Positions 50,230 to 63,185 of a stretch of DNA of 64,000 bases are shown piece after piece. Within the stretch, counting starts at the first letter, position 1. Each line of letters opens with the position of its first letter. This stretch comes from Convolutriloba macropyga. Its lineage: Eukaryota. The notes under the pieces were generated by a model, which saw only the letters and a list, made by a program, of their open reading frames with translations, was not told the DNA's origin and searched no databases. A program made the translations under genes and the position numbers. The stretch spans positions 1 to 64,000 of the forward strand of contig NW_027453588.1 in NCBI RefSeq assembly GCF_964194025.1. The letters are read 5' to 3'.

Positions 50230-52318
50230 TTAAAATGTGGAAGACTCTAGTTTATTCTGATCCCTGACCCTACAAAGTAACTCTGTGTGCTGTGTTGGGT
50301 GTATATTGTTCCCTGATTCTTCATTGTTATCTTCACGACAAGGCTGTTCCTTTTGTTTAGAGCATAATTTCTTGTGTTTCTATAGTAGAAAAGCTGCTGT
50401 AATACAGATAGTTGAAATCCATAAAAACAGTCCCAGATAACTTATCGCATTTTTGAACGTTCCACCGGCTGCGTTTTTTATTGATCGCTCTTGACTGTGC
50501 TGGTGAAACTCCCGTACTAATTTTCTGATAGTTCCGGTGTCTATTTCTAGTGGTGGTTGCGCCTGTAGTTCAACTTTTACATGTTCCAAAACTTTTCTTT
50601 TGTAGTCAAATGTGGCACTTAGTGAGTTCAGATTGTGGGTTTCTGGGGTTGGCAAGGTAAATGCTTCCTCAAGTAAGGGGTTGAGGCTGACCTTCATGAC
50701 AAGCCCAGATTCGTTCTGACAACTGTCTGTCGAGAGACGAAGAATCAACCTTCCGTTAGGTATTTCAATTCTCCCATTACAAGAAGGTTGTACAATGCAA
50801 CTCTGACATCCTCTCAATTTACTGCTCTTTAAGGTGTTTTCTGCGATGTCAGTTATCCAGTATTTTGTAAATGCCGACAAAATAAGGAATTTTGAGTGCT
50901 CCAGATAGGTTGCCGTAGGTATTATTGGTAGATGAATGACATCAAATTTGCAAGTTTGTAAAACAGCTGCCTCGTGACCGGAAAACAGACTGATCAGGCA
51001 ACCAGCTTGTTGGTTTCCAGTCATTGGGAAGGGTTGTTCGCAAAGTTTCAGTCGTTTCGAACCTTGACAGGAGAGAATATGTGTTTCATCAACTTCGGCA
51101 AAGTTTGTCGTAGCTTCCGAGACGACAAGAAGTTCATGCTCGAGTACAAGCACTGAAGCTGTGGTTGAATTTGTAATAGGTTGCGGAAGGGGCACTCCTT
51201 TAAAGACCTTATGGATAGGGCTTTGACTTGACATAGGGATTTCGATTTTCAATAGGAGTCCATTGTTTCCAATAAAAACATTACGAAGTAGTTCAAGTTC
51301 ATAGTAGAGACTAACATGCTGGAGTGGTATTGACATCGTCTTGCGATGGAATCGAAGGGATTGTAAAATTTGTCGTAGTTTGTCTGGTTCAACAAGTCTT
51401 GATGGTATTCTTCCGTTCGACATGTCCTGAAAAGCCTCTCGAACATTACTATTGAATTGCTTCAGCTCATATTTGAAGGATTGCAGTTCCGAATGAAGAG
51501 ATACTAGCGGGAAGGAAACGTTATTGAACACACTTTGTGTTTTGAGAAAGAAGGTGAACACGTCGCTCCCCTTGTGGTCGCAGACTTGGGCCTGCTGTAC
51601 TTGTTCCATATCTTGTTCAAGATTGTTAACAGGGTTCTCTACGGTTCCGAAGTTCCCAGCCCTATAGTTCAAGATAGTTTTCATTTGTTCCTGCTGTTTT
51701 AGTTTTTCGTTGCCCAGGATGTGTATTGTGTTGTCTGTGTCGCTCGTTAAATGGTGTAGCTTGTACTCCATGCTGTCTAAGTGACTTGCAATTCGCCGCA
51801 TCTTTTCTTCTGAGTCCTGACAAAGATGGAAGATGGAGAGCATTTTGCAAGCTGTTTTTTCTACTATGGGCTCCAAAACAAGTGCGGCAGCAGCTCCCGC
51901 TGCAAGCAAGGTTACTGACCTTCTCATCTTGTCCGAGAGCTTGGTAGAGTTTGCAAAAATCTTCACATCTCGAATCAGCTGTGTCCTGTCTTCTTCGATC
52001 TCGGAAATATCTTTTTTGCAGTGACGTGATCAGGGTATTCTGACTGTTTTCGACGATGCCGTTCAACTTTTGGTTATTGCAATATCCCCATTGCGCTTCT
52101 CTCCACACACGAGTCTCCATTTCCTTCAGGGTTTTTGAAAAATTGCTAAAGGCGCTCCAGTTAATGTCCAAGGGTTTTCGAAAGGGTACTGCAATTTCGA
52201 TCAATTCAATTGAATCAGCCAGAGCAATCGGAGTCTGTGGGACAAATGCAATGTTTGCTCGGGTTGTTACTTCTGCTAGAGTCAACCGGATAACAAGAAA
52301 AAGATAGCACCACTCCAT
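50230..52318 (-). pseudogene. env: env-like class I fusion glycoprotein (F-type), ~695 aa reconstructed; one frameshift and one premature stop
   Basis: Signal peptide MEWCYLFLVIRLTLA; KMRR|SVTLLAAGAAAALVL cleavage site plus fusion peptide; heptad repeats; Cys-rich ectodomain; TM YLGLFLWISTICITAAFLL; removing one base from the T6 run 52012-52017 joins ORFs 52318 and 51966; TAG at 50380-50382 interrupts a basic cytoplasmic tail that stays open to TAA 50230-50232. Confidence 0.85.
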
Positions 52319-52907
52319 CTAAATACTTCCAAAGTTAGAAAAACTGCACTTGAAGCGAAAAACTTTTTCTATACTGAGACCTAATTTTTTTTATTCTAGG
52401 TTGTTTCATATTGCTCTTTCTTTTTTTCAAAGAACTATTTTTTTTCTAACTAAAACTAGGCTATTATTGAATTGCCTTTTGTTCAGTTTTTCTTTCTAAT
52501 GCCACAATTTCTTATGCTTATTTCTAATATTTTTGTTGTTGTCTGAAACTCTAATTAAACCTTAAAAAACTCAGATGAAATTCAAATGCAATCTGGAATC
52601 CGTTTCGACGACTGTTGTTTTGCCTAAAACGTTATCTGAAGTCTTAATCAAGACTTTTTTCTTTAAGGAAAATTTTGATACTTTTATTTTTGGTTGGCTA
52701 CAAAAAAAAGGAGAAAAATTTTATTAGTCCATAGTGATTATTATTATAAAAGCGTTCAAAGTACATAATCTAGAAAATTAGTTTGTTCCTGTCTTAAGTC
52801 TAAAGTCGAGTTTGTTATGATGATTCTTCATAGGTGCTCAGATCAGGGTTTCATTCGTCATTGATTCCGTATCTCTTGGGGAATCGTTTTGCTCGTTTTG
52901 GACGTCC

Positions 52908-55900
52908 TTATGTTTCCGAGATCAGACTTGGGCTCGGTGATTCAAGGTTGAGTGTTGTTGGTGCTCTCTTTACCCCTTTCAATACATGAGGTCTCTGCAT
53001 GTCCATGAACTGCGTGTTGATAGTCTTCTCTGGAGTAGTGTTCAGTTGATGCGTTGTCTCTGGTAGGTTTGCAAGTTCAGAGGTTGAGGGTGGGGTCTCC
53101 AGATTGACCTCTGTCATGTCCTTTCTCCCATCAGATGCGGTCAGTTCGGTTGCCTGCGTTTCTTCAACATCCTGGGTCTTGTTGTCCACCTCTTCTCTGA
53201 CAGATGAAGTTCTCTCCCGTTCCTCAAACAGGTTGTGAAAGAAGTCATCTTCTTCCTTCATCCATCTGTATCTTTCCAAGTTTCGAGGGAGAACCCTTCG
53301 TGCAGAGTTCCTCGAGAAGAATCACGGATTTGCTGTTTCCTCCTGGTCATCCGCTTCTCCAGCTGGTGGCCGTCTTCCTGGTGCTGGGCGAGTGAGGACT
53401 CTGTGTTGATCAGTTTCTTCTTTTACGGGTTTCAGTCTGTTATAATGTACAATCTGCCATTTGTTACAGGTACCCGTTTTCGATTTTTTATAGTGCACAT
53501 CAGAAGTTTTCTCTAACACAACGTAGGGGCCGTCCCACGGCAGAAAGAACTTTCTCGATTTGGCTTTGTGGGGAGCGAACAACCAGACGCGATCACCGTT
53601 GCTGTAGCTTTCTCCAAAAATTTCTTTATGATGTCGGTCTTTTTGTCTGTCCTGGTTGCATCCCAATGTTTCCCTGGCGTTCATGTGGGCTTCAAGAAAT
53701 TGTTCCTCTAGCCATCGGGTGAATTCGTAACTTTGGCTTTCGTGACCTGGTGCTTTGGGTAGAAGTAGGTCGATTGGGTATTTGCACTCTTGTCCGTATA
53801 CCAGAGAAAAAGGGGTATGACCTGTTGTTCTGTGCACTGTTGTGTTGTAGACGAAGCTCAGATATGGAAGCATTTCGTCCGAAGTGTTCGGATTTCCAGC
53901 GCAGTACTTCGATACAACATCAGCAATTACCCAATTGTGTCGCTCAACCATTCCGTTGCCTTGAGGGTGGTAAGGCCAGGTCTTTGTTTTCTCCATTCCA
54001 AACAGCTTGCAGAGTTCCAAGATCAATTCACTGCAAAAATTTGAGCCCTGGTCAGTGTGAATTGAGTCCGGGGCCCCAAACATAAGAATCCATTTCTCCA
54101 CGATTGCTCTTGCCACGATTTCAGCAGTTGTGTTTTGTAAAGGTGTGCTAACTACATATTTTGTTAAATAGTCCGTGAGTACGAGAATATATTTGTACCC
54201 TCCTTTTGTTTTGGTTACTGGACCCAAAATGTCTGCGGCAATTTTGTTGAAACAAATTCCGACGTTGATCATTTGCAAGGGTACTCTCCGTTTTTTCCCA
54301 GCTGTGGATCGCGACTGACAAGTTAAGCAGTTCTCACATTTCCTCTCGATGTATTTTCTCATGTTTGGCCACCAGAATCGTTGCCTGGCTCTGTCGAGTG
54401 TTTTCTGAAACGCAAAGTGTCCTCCACTGATCTTGGAGTCGTGTAGTTGTTCTAACACCTTTTCTCTTAGACTAATGGGCACTACAAACTGTCTGATAAT
54501 TGTATTTGTTCCCTCCACAAGGCACTTCCGGTATAGAACCCCATCTGCAAGTTCCAGTTGTTCCCAAACACTCCAGAGTGCCACCGCATCTTCCCTGGCT
54601 GCAATAGCTGCTGCTTTCTTAACGTTGAGTTTGCCAAGGGATGTTTGAGTACCATTCTCGTCTGCGTTGGCCCATTGAAAAACGATTTTTATTGCAGGGT
54701 CCTGAGCTTGGTGTTCTCTTGCTGCTTCGCTGCCCTCCTAAAGGATAATTTCCATTGATGCCTTTTCGTTTTCGGGACTGTTCAATTCGAGTCCATCAGA
54801 ACAGCCAGGGTTTGTGGGTTTGTGGTCATTCGAACTCTTCCCCATTTGGTATTGCTTGGGGAGTCGTTCTCCTTGACAGCTCCACAATTTTCGAGCTGGG
54901 TTTCGTTGGGGTAGTTAGTGTCTTCGGTGATCTCCGGATTCCCATAAAACTCAGTTTGGCTGGAGTAATCACTCTCCACATCGGTTGACCAGCTGAGTCC
55001 AATTTTGCTTCTTGATGCCCGCTCTGCCAGTGCAGCTTCAAAAAGTTTCTGGAAACTCATTCCGTAGGGAATTTCGTATTCGTCGTCGTCGTCGCTTTCC
55101 TGCTTCGTCGTCGAGTTTTATTTTGTTGGAGCAATTCGGAGTCCGCGTTCTCAGGTCCGCAATCTGAATCTGTGTCCGTTTCTATCCATTCTGTAGTCCC
55201 ATCTTCGAACTCGTGCCTGTTGAACGTACGAGTTGTTGCTATTTGAATTTTGGAGAGTCGTTTAGTCTCTGAAGAACATGGATTAAGTTCCGGCGAAGTC
55301 ACCATTTGGATATGGCCCAGAGCTTCGCTCAAACTTTCAGCTGGGGGCAGTCGCCAAACATCTCTTTCTTCTCCTCCTCAGTCAGTTCGGGGGTCTGGCT
55401 ACACTGTTGTGAAAGTCCGTCTGCATTTCCATGTTTTTCGCCAGGGCAATGAACCACCTGGAAGTCAAACTCTATGAGTTTTTGTAGCATTCGAAAGATC
55501 ATTCCATCGTTGTTCTGCCTGAACAGCCATTGAAGCGAAGCATGGTCCGTTCTCAACACGAATTTCGTACCCCATAGGTATGGCTTGTACCATTTCATTG
55601 CCTGGATTACAGCTAGGGCCTCTCTTTTCGTTGTTGAATATTTACATTCTGCTGGCGATAGCACTCTGCTTGCAAAAGCAACGGGATACTCAACACCATC
55701 TATGACATTTGAAAGTACTGCGCCCAAACTGTTGTCACTTGCGTCTGTGTCCAGCACGAATGGTGAGTTGTAGTCCGGATGAGATAAAACCGTGCTTTCG
55801 ATCATTGCAGTTTTTGGACTCTCGAAGGCAGCTTGACAGTCTGGTGTCCAGGTGAATCTCCTATTCTTCTTCGTGATCTCGTGTAAAGGTTTGGCTATTC

Positions 55901-57310
55901 CTGCGAAGTCCTTCACAAATCTTTGAAAATAGCTGCAGAATCCAATGAATGATCTCACTTCTGTGACGTTTTCCGGCCTTTTCCACTCCTTTAGGGTTTT
56001 GATTTTCCCCTCATCGGGTGATATTCCTTTGGCACTTAATTTATATCCTAAGTACGTAACTGAGTTTTGGTACAATTTGCATTTCTTTGGCTTCAACTTC
56101 GAGTTTGCTTTCCTGAGGGCTTCAAACACAATTTGCAGATGTTCCTCGTGTTCTTCCTCTGACTTCCTGAAGACTAGATTATCGTCCAAAAAGATGAGAA
56201 CAAAGCTGAAGATTTACACGTTAAAAATTGCTGTCATCAATCGTTGAAAAGTGCCTGGGGCATTGCAGAGTCCAAACGGTAGTCGCAGGAACTCGTAGTG
56301 ACCACCATCTGGAGTAACGAATGCGGTTTTGGGTATCGCTGGCTCTGCTAATGGGACCTGCCAGTATCCGGAGGCTAAATCCAGGCTCGAAAAAACCTTG
56401 GCTCCATGATGATGATCGAGGATTTGATCGATTCTGGGTAACGGGAAGGCGTCTTTTCTCCTCACTTCGTTAAGTTTTCTAAAGTCTACACACATTCTGT
56501 TGCTGCCGTCCTTTTTCGTAACAAGTACAATAGGTGCGCTGTAGGGGCTTTTGGATGGCCGGATAATATTCCGTGAGAGCATATCTTCAATTTCTTGTTT
56601 CACAACTGCCATCTTCCCTGGCGCGAGTCAATAGGGAGCAAGTTTAATTGGTCAAGCGTCTCCCGTATCATTATCGTGTGCCACTAGATGAGTTTGACGC
56701 AATTCCGCATCGTTGAGGGCAAAAACATCTCGAAAACAGGCAACTGTACTCAATGTCTTGAGTCCAGTTTCGTGATCAATTGATCAGTTGAATCGGATTT
56801 CACTAGATTGCAGATCACGTTGAGCTCATCTTCTGACGTTGGTTCGAGAGGGTCGTTTTTCTCTGTTTGTAAGGGATCACGGCCTTGTAACTCACTCTCC
56901 GCGCCGCAAACCTTGACTTGTCCGGGTTTTTTTTGTTTTCCAATGGAATGTCAAACTCACTGTAATGCTCTCTGTGCCCATCATTAGTTGCCTGGACTGA
57001 AAGTTGATCGACATTTGATTCTCTTGAGTATGGTGTCCCTAATATCAAGGGTACATCTGTGTCCGGGGTGACAAGAAATTCCGTCTGAACAACCATACCC
57101 GGACCGAATGCAAGGACTCCGGTGAATTTTCCTAGAATGCGGAATGGTTCGTTCGTTGCTGATAAGACTGTATCGTGGAAGTCATATAGTAACATTGGGG
57201 GTGAATAAAGTTTGTACGTCTGTTCAGATATAACATTCACGTTGCTACCGGTGTCTAGCAGCGCTCTGTGCAACTTCCCGTTCAGTTTAGCATCAACATA
57301 AACAGTAGGT
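52908..57310 (-). pseudogene. pol: Gypsy pol (PR-RT-RNaseH-INT with GPY/F), several stops and frameshifts
   Basis: ALLDTGS; RMCVDFRKLN, LPFGLCNAPGTFQR, FLDD; LDTDAS, HGNADGLS; HHCC zinc finger, DQGSNF, GMVER, WDGPY, VHYNRLKP; acidic C-terminal tail 53279-52908. Confidence 0.95.
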
Positions 57311-58364
57311 CCAAAGATGCTGCTATTGTTCTCGATACTCGGACTGTTAAAACTTCATGTCTCCGCGCCCTCTGCAAAATCATCTTAACAACTGGCTGCG
57401 TTTCGGCGTTTCCATCTTCTTGTCGTCTTGGAGCAGTGCTACGCTTAGGGCAGCGACTCGCAAAATGCCCCCAATCTTGACAATGATAGCATTGTACGTT
57501 GCTGTTCCGATCCACTCTTGCAGGGCTGCGCGATGTTCTCGGGGCTGGTGCAAATTCTGTTAGAAACCGACTCTGTCTATCTAAGATCCGTTCCAAGATC
57601 TGCGTGTGACGTTCCTGTTGCTCCAGTAACTTGTTGAAACTCCTGATTCGGTTTTCCATCAAGTCACTGAGTCCAATGCCAACATTGGTTGATAGGTCTC
57701 GGATTTCAGTTTTTCTTCCACTTTCATCGTCGTCACCTTGGGTCCAACGCACATGTCTTGTCCGCCTTGGTCGATATCGGGCATTCTCATCTTTCGCAAT
57801 TGCTTCGAGGGTTATGGCTCTTTGGGCGGATGCATTGAAAGTGTCTGGGTCTTCCTTGAGGAGGGTGTATCGTATTTCACTGTCCAGCAGTCCATCGATG
57901 AACGCGTCCTTATTAGCTTCCTGCCTTCCTGCTGCGTTCAAGTGAGCGTTTGCTGCTTCGCCCAATTTTCGAACTCTTCGAGAGAATTCTTGAATGCTCT
58001 CCCCTTCATTTTGCTGGAGGTTCTTGAACTCGGTTCGTGCACTTCTTGCATTAGGAAAATCTCCAATTCGATTGTTAAGTGCATTGAGAACCCGCTCGAT
58101 CGTCGGTACCGGCTGTCCTTATACTTGAATAAGGTACTGATTTGGAAGGTTGTAGTACTCGTCCAGTGCGTAGTTGTTCAAGCAAGTGGGGAGAACTGCT
58201 CGCTGCCTGGCATCGTTCCAGTTGTTCGCCTGAGCCATCGCTTCGAAATGGCGTATCCATCGCTCGAAGCAGTCGAAGTCTTTGCTCGGATAACTTAATG
58301 GAGTTAACGGTGGAGCAGCCACTACTATTTGCTGCTGGGCGTTGTTGTTGTTTGCGTTTGCCAT
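57282..58364 (-). pseudogene. gag: Gypsy gag (capsid plus one CCHC knuckle), one in-frame TAA at 58119-58121
   Basis: ORFs 58364-58119 and 57965-57282 are in the same frame; FERWIRHFE, LQQNEGESIQEF, FIDGL, CYHCQDWGHFASRC. Confidence 0.9.
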
Positions 58365-58785
58365 TTGTTTTTCAAATTGTGTTCTACGCTGGTAATGTTA
58401 GTTTCTCTTTCTCGCAAAACTGTTTCAACACTTTGCCTTCGTTTTGAGACCCCGTGTCAGCGATTTTGATTTTCTTTTCAAAACAGAAATCAAAAGCAAA
58501 AACTAGAAACTACGAGTTGTTGATTTGGATTCACAGTAATTCAAAAATTAAAACTTTTTTACTATTGTGTTAGTTAGCAGTCAATTTTTGTTAATGCCGT
58601 GCTGATGTAACTTTTCTACTTGGATCAGTCTTTATTTCTTAATTCATCCTTTTTTTTGTTAGTACAAAAGTATTTTTTTTTGTTTTCACTGACAGTTCGT
58701 TAGCCCGGCTCGCGATCTTTATTCTATACCCAATTACTATCTTTTTTGCTAGTTTCTGATAAAAATTGTTTTTTTAACAATAAAT

Positions 58786-58803
58786 ATCCCTCTGTGGTCG
58801 CCA
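58786..58803 (-). promoter_or_regulatory. Gypsy primer binding site, tRNA-Arg(TCG)-like
   Basis: Minus strand TGGCGACCACAGAGGGAT 1 nt from the LTR; plus strand ATCCCTCTGTGGTCGCCA resembles the 3' end of animal tRNA-Arg(TCG). Confidence 0.75.
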
Positions 58804-58804
58804 A

Positions 58805-60325
58805 TGTAGAATTTGAAAAAAACTGGGGTGGGAGAAATTCCTTATTCAAATCCCAACAATTGTAATTATCTAAATTTTCGCTAAAACAGAGAACTAGAGT
58901 AGTGGTAACTTCGAGTGCCTATTATCCTAAAATAACAGAAAGGGTTATACCAGGCCCTTCTATTACTCCTAAGATTCAGATTGGAGGCAGTCGTTTGTAT
59001 TAAACAGTAATTATAAGGTTCGATTGAGAATTGTCTAACCTCAGCTAAGACCTAAATATATGGAAAAGAAAACAATTATGAAATAGGTGGCACTATAATT
59101 GAGAAGTATACCAAGTTCCCATACAACTATTTAATACTAAGAGATCAATCTAAGATCCTAAAACTACTAAGTGTGAAGATGAAGGGAAGCTCGTCGTAGT
59201 TCACTCCACAACCCAACCAGCCGAGTATTAATCAACTTGAATTTAACACTAAGACATTGCCCATCAGGTACTTCAGGCCACTGCAGACCGTGATAATGTC
59301 TACCTGGTTCGCCATTCCATACTACATGGGTTAACTTAGCTCGCCAAGTCGTCAACGATCAGGCAGCCCCGACCTCAGAGTGGCTTTCACTATTCAGTCT
59401 CCTAAAGGAGCGCGGCCGATTAATACTCTCAGAAGCACTCGTCTCGAAAGCGTCTGTAGTTCCCTTCTCCAAGTCCAAGTCCCGGGAAATCTTAACTTAA
59501 CCTAATAGTGATTGATCTCTGTAAAACCACCTATGTATCCTAAGATAGACATGTTAAGTTCTGGTTTAATGCCAATTTATAACTCTAAGAAATTACTTGA
59601 CTTAGAAATTAAAGATTGCAAAGTTACCACAGACCTTATTCCTAACTAAATCAAAGATATATTCAACCAAGGTGTATTCTCAAAAAGTCTACTAACTATT
59701 TTCTATTTCTCTATTCGATCTCTGAGTCTACACCGACTCTATAGAATAATCCTAAGAAGTTAGATAAATCGAAACTAAGGAAAGACTATTACCGCTGAGA
59801 ATAACGAGGATTGTATAATAAGCAGTGAATTAAGAATCAGGAAATTGGGTTAAGAAAAGGGCTCAAAAATCAGCCCTATTTATACTCATTATCAGTGCGA
59901 AAAATCAAGATACAATACTAATCTTAGCACCATGATTTATAGTGGGGGTCGTACGGGATACCGAATATGGTTTACTTCTACAAATTTCCTTGAAACCAGT
60001 CGCGAGGAATGCCATTTATAGAATGCATTTGCATTTTTCTAAGAATTCATTCACACTTCCAGAGATATCAAAATCAGTTAAAACATGCTGAGGAGAATAA
60101 TCTGACTCTAATAATAGCTATCTAGAATCATCATTTTGAACCGAATATTGGTTAACAGTAACATTTCTCAAAGATTCATTTATATCAATTTGCTCTTGTC
60201 TTGATAAAGCCGCTAAGTTAAATTTTCTTTAGTTTGAATCAAGGTTAATTTCGGATTCGGTTTATGCGGTTCAAATATTAAAGGATAGTTCAATTTTCTA
60301 CGTTTCTAAGTTTCTATATTCTACA
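58805..60325 (-). repeat. Gypsy 5' LTR (1521 bp)
   Basis: Direct repeat of 48595-50116; about 28 substitutions and 2 small indels by eye (~98%); adjacent to PBS. Confidence 0.95.
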
Positions 60326-63185
60326 CTTTCCGTTTTAATGGTTAAGCAAAGAACTCAATGGCCTCAAAAAAAACGTAGATCATATCTGTCCACGAAAAGG
60401 TAAATTAGTTCATTCAAGGAAAGCTTGTTCAATCAGTTATCTCTCTTTACTAAAATAAATAATGTTTGGCTGACCAGACGCTAAATAGTCCAAGAAAAAC
60501 AAAAGGAATTGCAAAATTTTTTGAATGAGGAAAATAAAACAGTCAGCAGTCTCGAGATAACAGTCTCGATAATTTGCAAAAAAAATTAAATTCTTAGTTG
60601 TTGCTTTTTTTTCTATAACCAATCCCAACAACAGCGTAAGCTGCGTTGCATTTAAACTATAATATTAAAAAGGAAACAACGAAGAATTCAGGAAAATGAA
60701 GAATCGAAACGGAAAAAGCAAACAACAAACAGTTAAAATGAAATTCCACAATAGTTATGCAGATATTTATAAATAACAAAAAGTTTATATAGTGATTAGC
60801 TAAAAACCAAAAGCAAAACTGAAAGAATTACGTAAAAAAGATCATATGGGAAACACTATAACTACTCTGATCAGAATTTTAATTTGGCCAATTGTAGAAA
60901 CGGTAAACAATGATCAGTCAATTAGCTCTGGATTCGAAGATGCTGAAAAAAACAAATTTCAAATGTCAAACATTGACTCTATTATCTGGAGAATTTCTCA
61001 AAATTTAAGCCAAAATTTATTGCAAGCCCCAGCATGCCTTTTGCCGATAGTTTTGAATTCTGCTTAAAGTCGATTTTTTCATCTTGATGAAGTCCGCCAT
61101 TCCAAATTAAAAATTGTAAGCAGTGATATGACAAGCGCATTCCACTTCAGATTTTACAGTGTAACTGATATGCCTGCTGAGTTACATAGAACAAATGACT
61201 CTACACTAACAGTTCACAAAAAAACGTCATGTTGCCTTGCAAATAATTTGATACCGGGTAAGGGCGATTAAGACGATCATATTAAATTATCTAAGAAAAT
61301 TTGAGCTAATTTGGATGAAGAAAAACAAATTTTCAACTTAAAAAAAAACAATTATTATAATAATTTCGCGTCGGGAAAACAAGCAATTAATGAGGAAAAC
61401 TCTAAAACGGTGAATCAAAACAGCAAAAAAGGAACTCAGTTAGAAAAATTGTAATTACAACTACTTCTCCAGCATTATATATCGGTAATTCTAATCTAAA
61501 ATACAGTAGTCTTACTATAAAATTTGGTTAACCGCTTTGTGCCAATTTACGCGCCAAAAAGAAGTGTAGTTTAAAAACAGTATATTACATTAAAATTTCT
61601 CCGATTTACCTAAAAATTTTAACAATGTACTGCTCAGACTGAGAAAAAAACTACAAAAAACCAAACACACGGCTCCCATAAGTCAGATTCATTGATAAAC
61701 CTGGCCTCCCAAAGCACCCCATATTAATACGACATCTACACCAGCCTCAAACGCTTCTACCTCAACCGATGTTACCTCTTCAACGAACTTACACAGTGAT
61801 TCCTTCAATTTCGTACAGTCAAAAATCTGTACCAACAACCTCTCTGCCAGCGTCACATCGAAAGACGTCGCCTAAAATTAACAAGAGGCTGCATCATCAC
61901 TGAGAATGATGTCACGTATAAATTTTTGTTGCCACAAAAATACATCGTTTCGGGAAGGATTTGCACGTCAAATCAGAAATGCGTAGACGATTAAATAACA
62001 ATACCCAACTCAAACAAAGACGGCTGCGTCAAAGTTTTAGACGTCACTATCTTGGGAGTTGGGGAATGACGGATCTAGCCGCTTTTTTTCAATTTGGCCG
62101 TACATGAACAGGGAAATTTTGACAAAAACGGCAAATGGCAATTCATGGGTCAAAATAGGTAAAAATTTGTTACCTATAATAATTTGTTACCTTATTCAAA
62201 ATGGCATTGATAGAAGAATTTCAATTAAAATATTCAGATTTTTTTTAAAGCTATATGCAAAGGCAAAGCGTTTCTGGGCAATTAGTTTGGATCAAGCATG
62301 ATGTCAAAACTGACAAGAAAATCAAGTATTTTGCGAACAAAAAAATGGTAACCGCGACGCCAATACACGATTACGGAGAAATCGAATAGTGGGCTCGCTA
62401 ACGCAGACAGAAAAGAGTCGTCTAGCGTGTATTGAGGAAACAGCTAAAAAATTTTATTCGAAAGCATGATGTAAATAATTTATATATCAACTCTGAATCT
62501 ACAGACAAAACATTAAAAGAACATCGCTTGAACCATGCTACGGCCGCAAACCAAATACAGCCATGAGCAATATAAAAACATTTCCAGATCTGAATAAATT
62601 GTACTATAAACCAATATTCAGCAAAATTATAGACCTCAAGACACTCAGTTGGGATCAGCTGCTATCTGATAAAAATGGAAGGTAGTAGGACTGAGCAACT
62701 ATGAACTGGAGGTCAAAAGAACAAAGGACCGAATTAAATGCAAGATGAAACAACCCGGAAAAAAGTCCCGAATGATTAATCACACGGATAAATTTTGCCA
62801 ATCCCAATCGCTTAGCCATCTCATGCTCTGAAGTTGGCTAAAAACTAGCCTGCGAATAATAGAGCTATAATAGGTTGGGACGGCTGGTCTGAAATTTTCG
62901 ATCCGAGATTGTCAGTAATCAATCCTGACGAATACACATCAATTATCCAAGAGCCGGGTAACATATTGAAAATTTGACATCGTAAAAATTAGGACGAAGG
63001 CAGAAAAACTATTGATCTTGCCGAATGTATCAAAATAAGAGCTACCCCAATAACTGAGAAAGCAACCGACAACAAGAACCTAAAATACGCTTAGGACGCA
63101 CGAAATAAATTGAAAGGAAAATTGACAAAGTAAAGTAAAAAAAATCGAATGACTACGCGAAAGGCATTTCTTCACAACATTCAAT

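Larger units (their letters stand above)
48595..60325 (-). mobile_element. Full-length Ty3/Gypsy provirus with env-like ORF (errantivirus-like), 11731 bp
   Basis: 1.52 kb LTRs with TGTAGAAT..ATTCTACA termini, perfect 5 bp TSD CTTTC (48590-48594, 60326-60330), PBS, PPT, gag-PR-RT-RH-INT-env order. Confidence 0.97.

Noticed and set aside
57280-57365. Programmed -1 frameshift between gag and pol
   Set aside because: No canonical X XXY YYZ heptamer found; cannot be told apart from a decay frameshift without the family consensus
57738-58447. Plus-strand ORFs (186 aa, 101 aa) and other antisense ORFs over gag/pol/env
   Set aside because: Shadow ORFs of retroelement coding strands, with non-ATG starts and no motifs
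61700-63000. Third decayed BEL-like gag on plus strand
   Set aside because: Too degraded to support by eye; not listed as a feature
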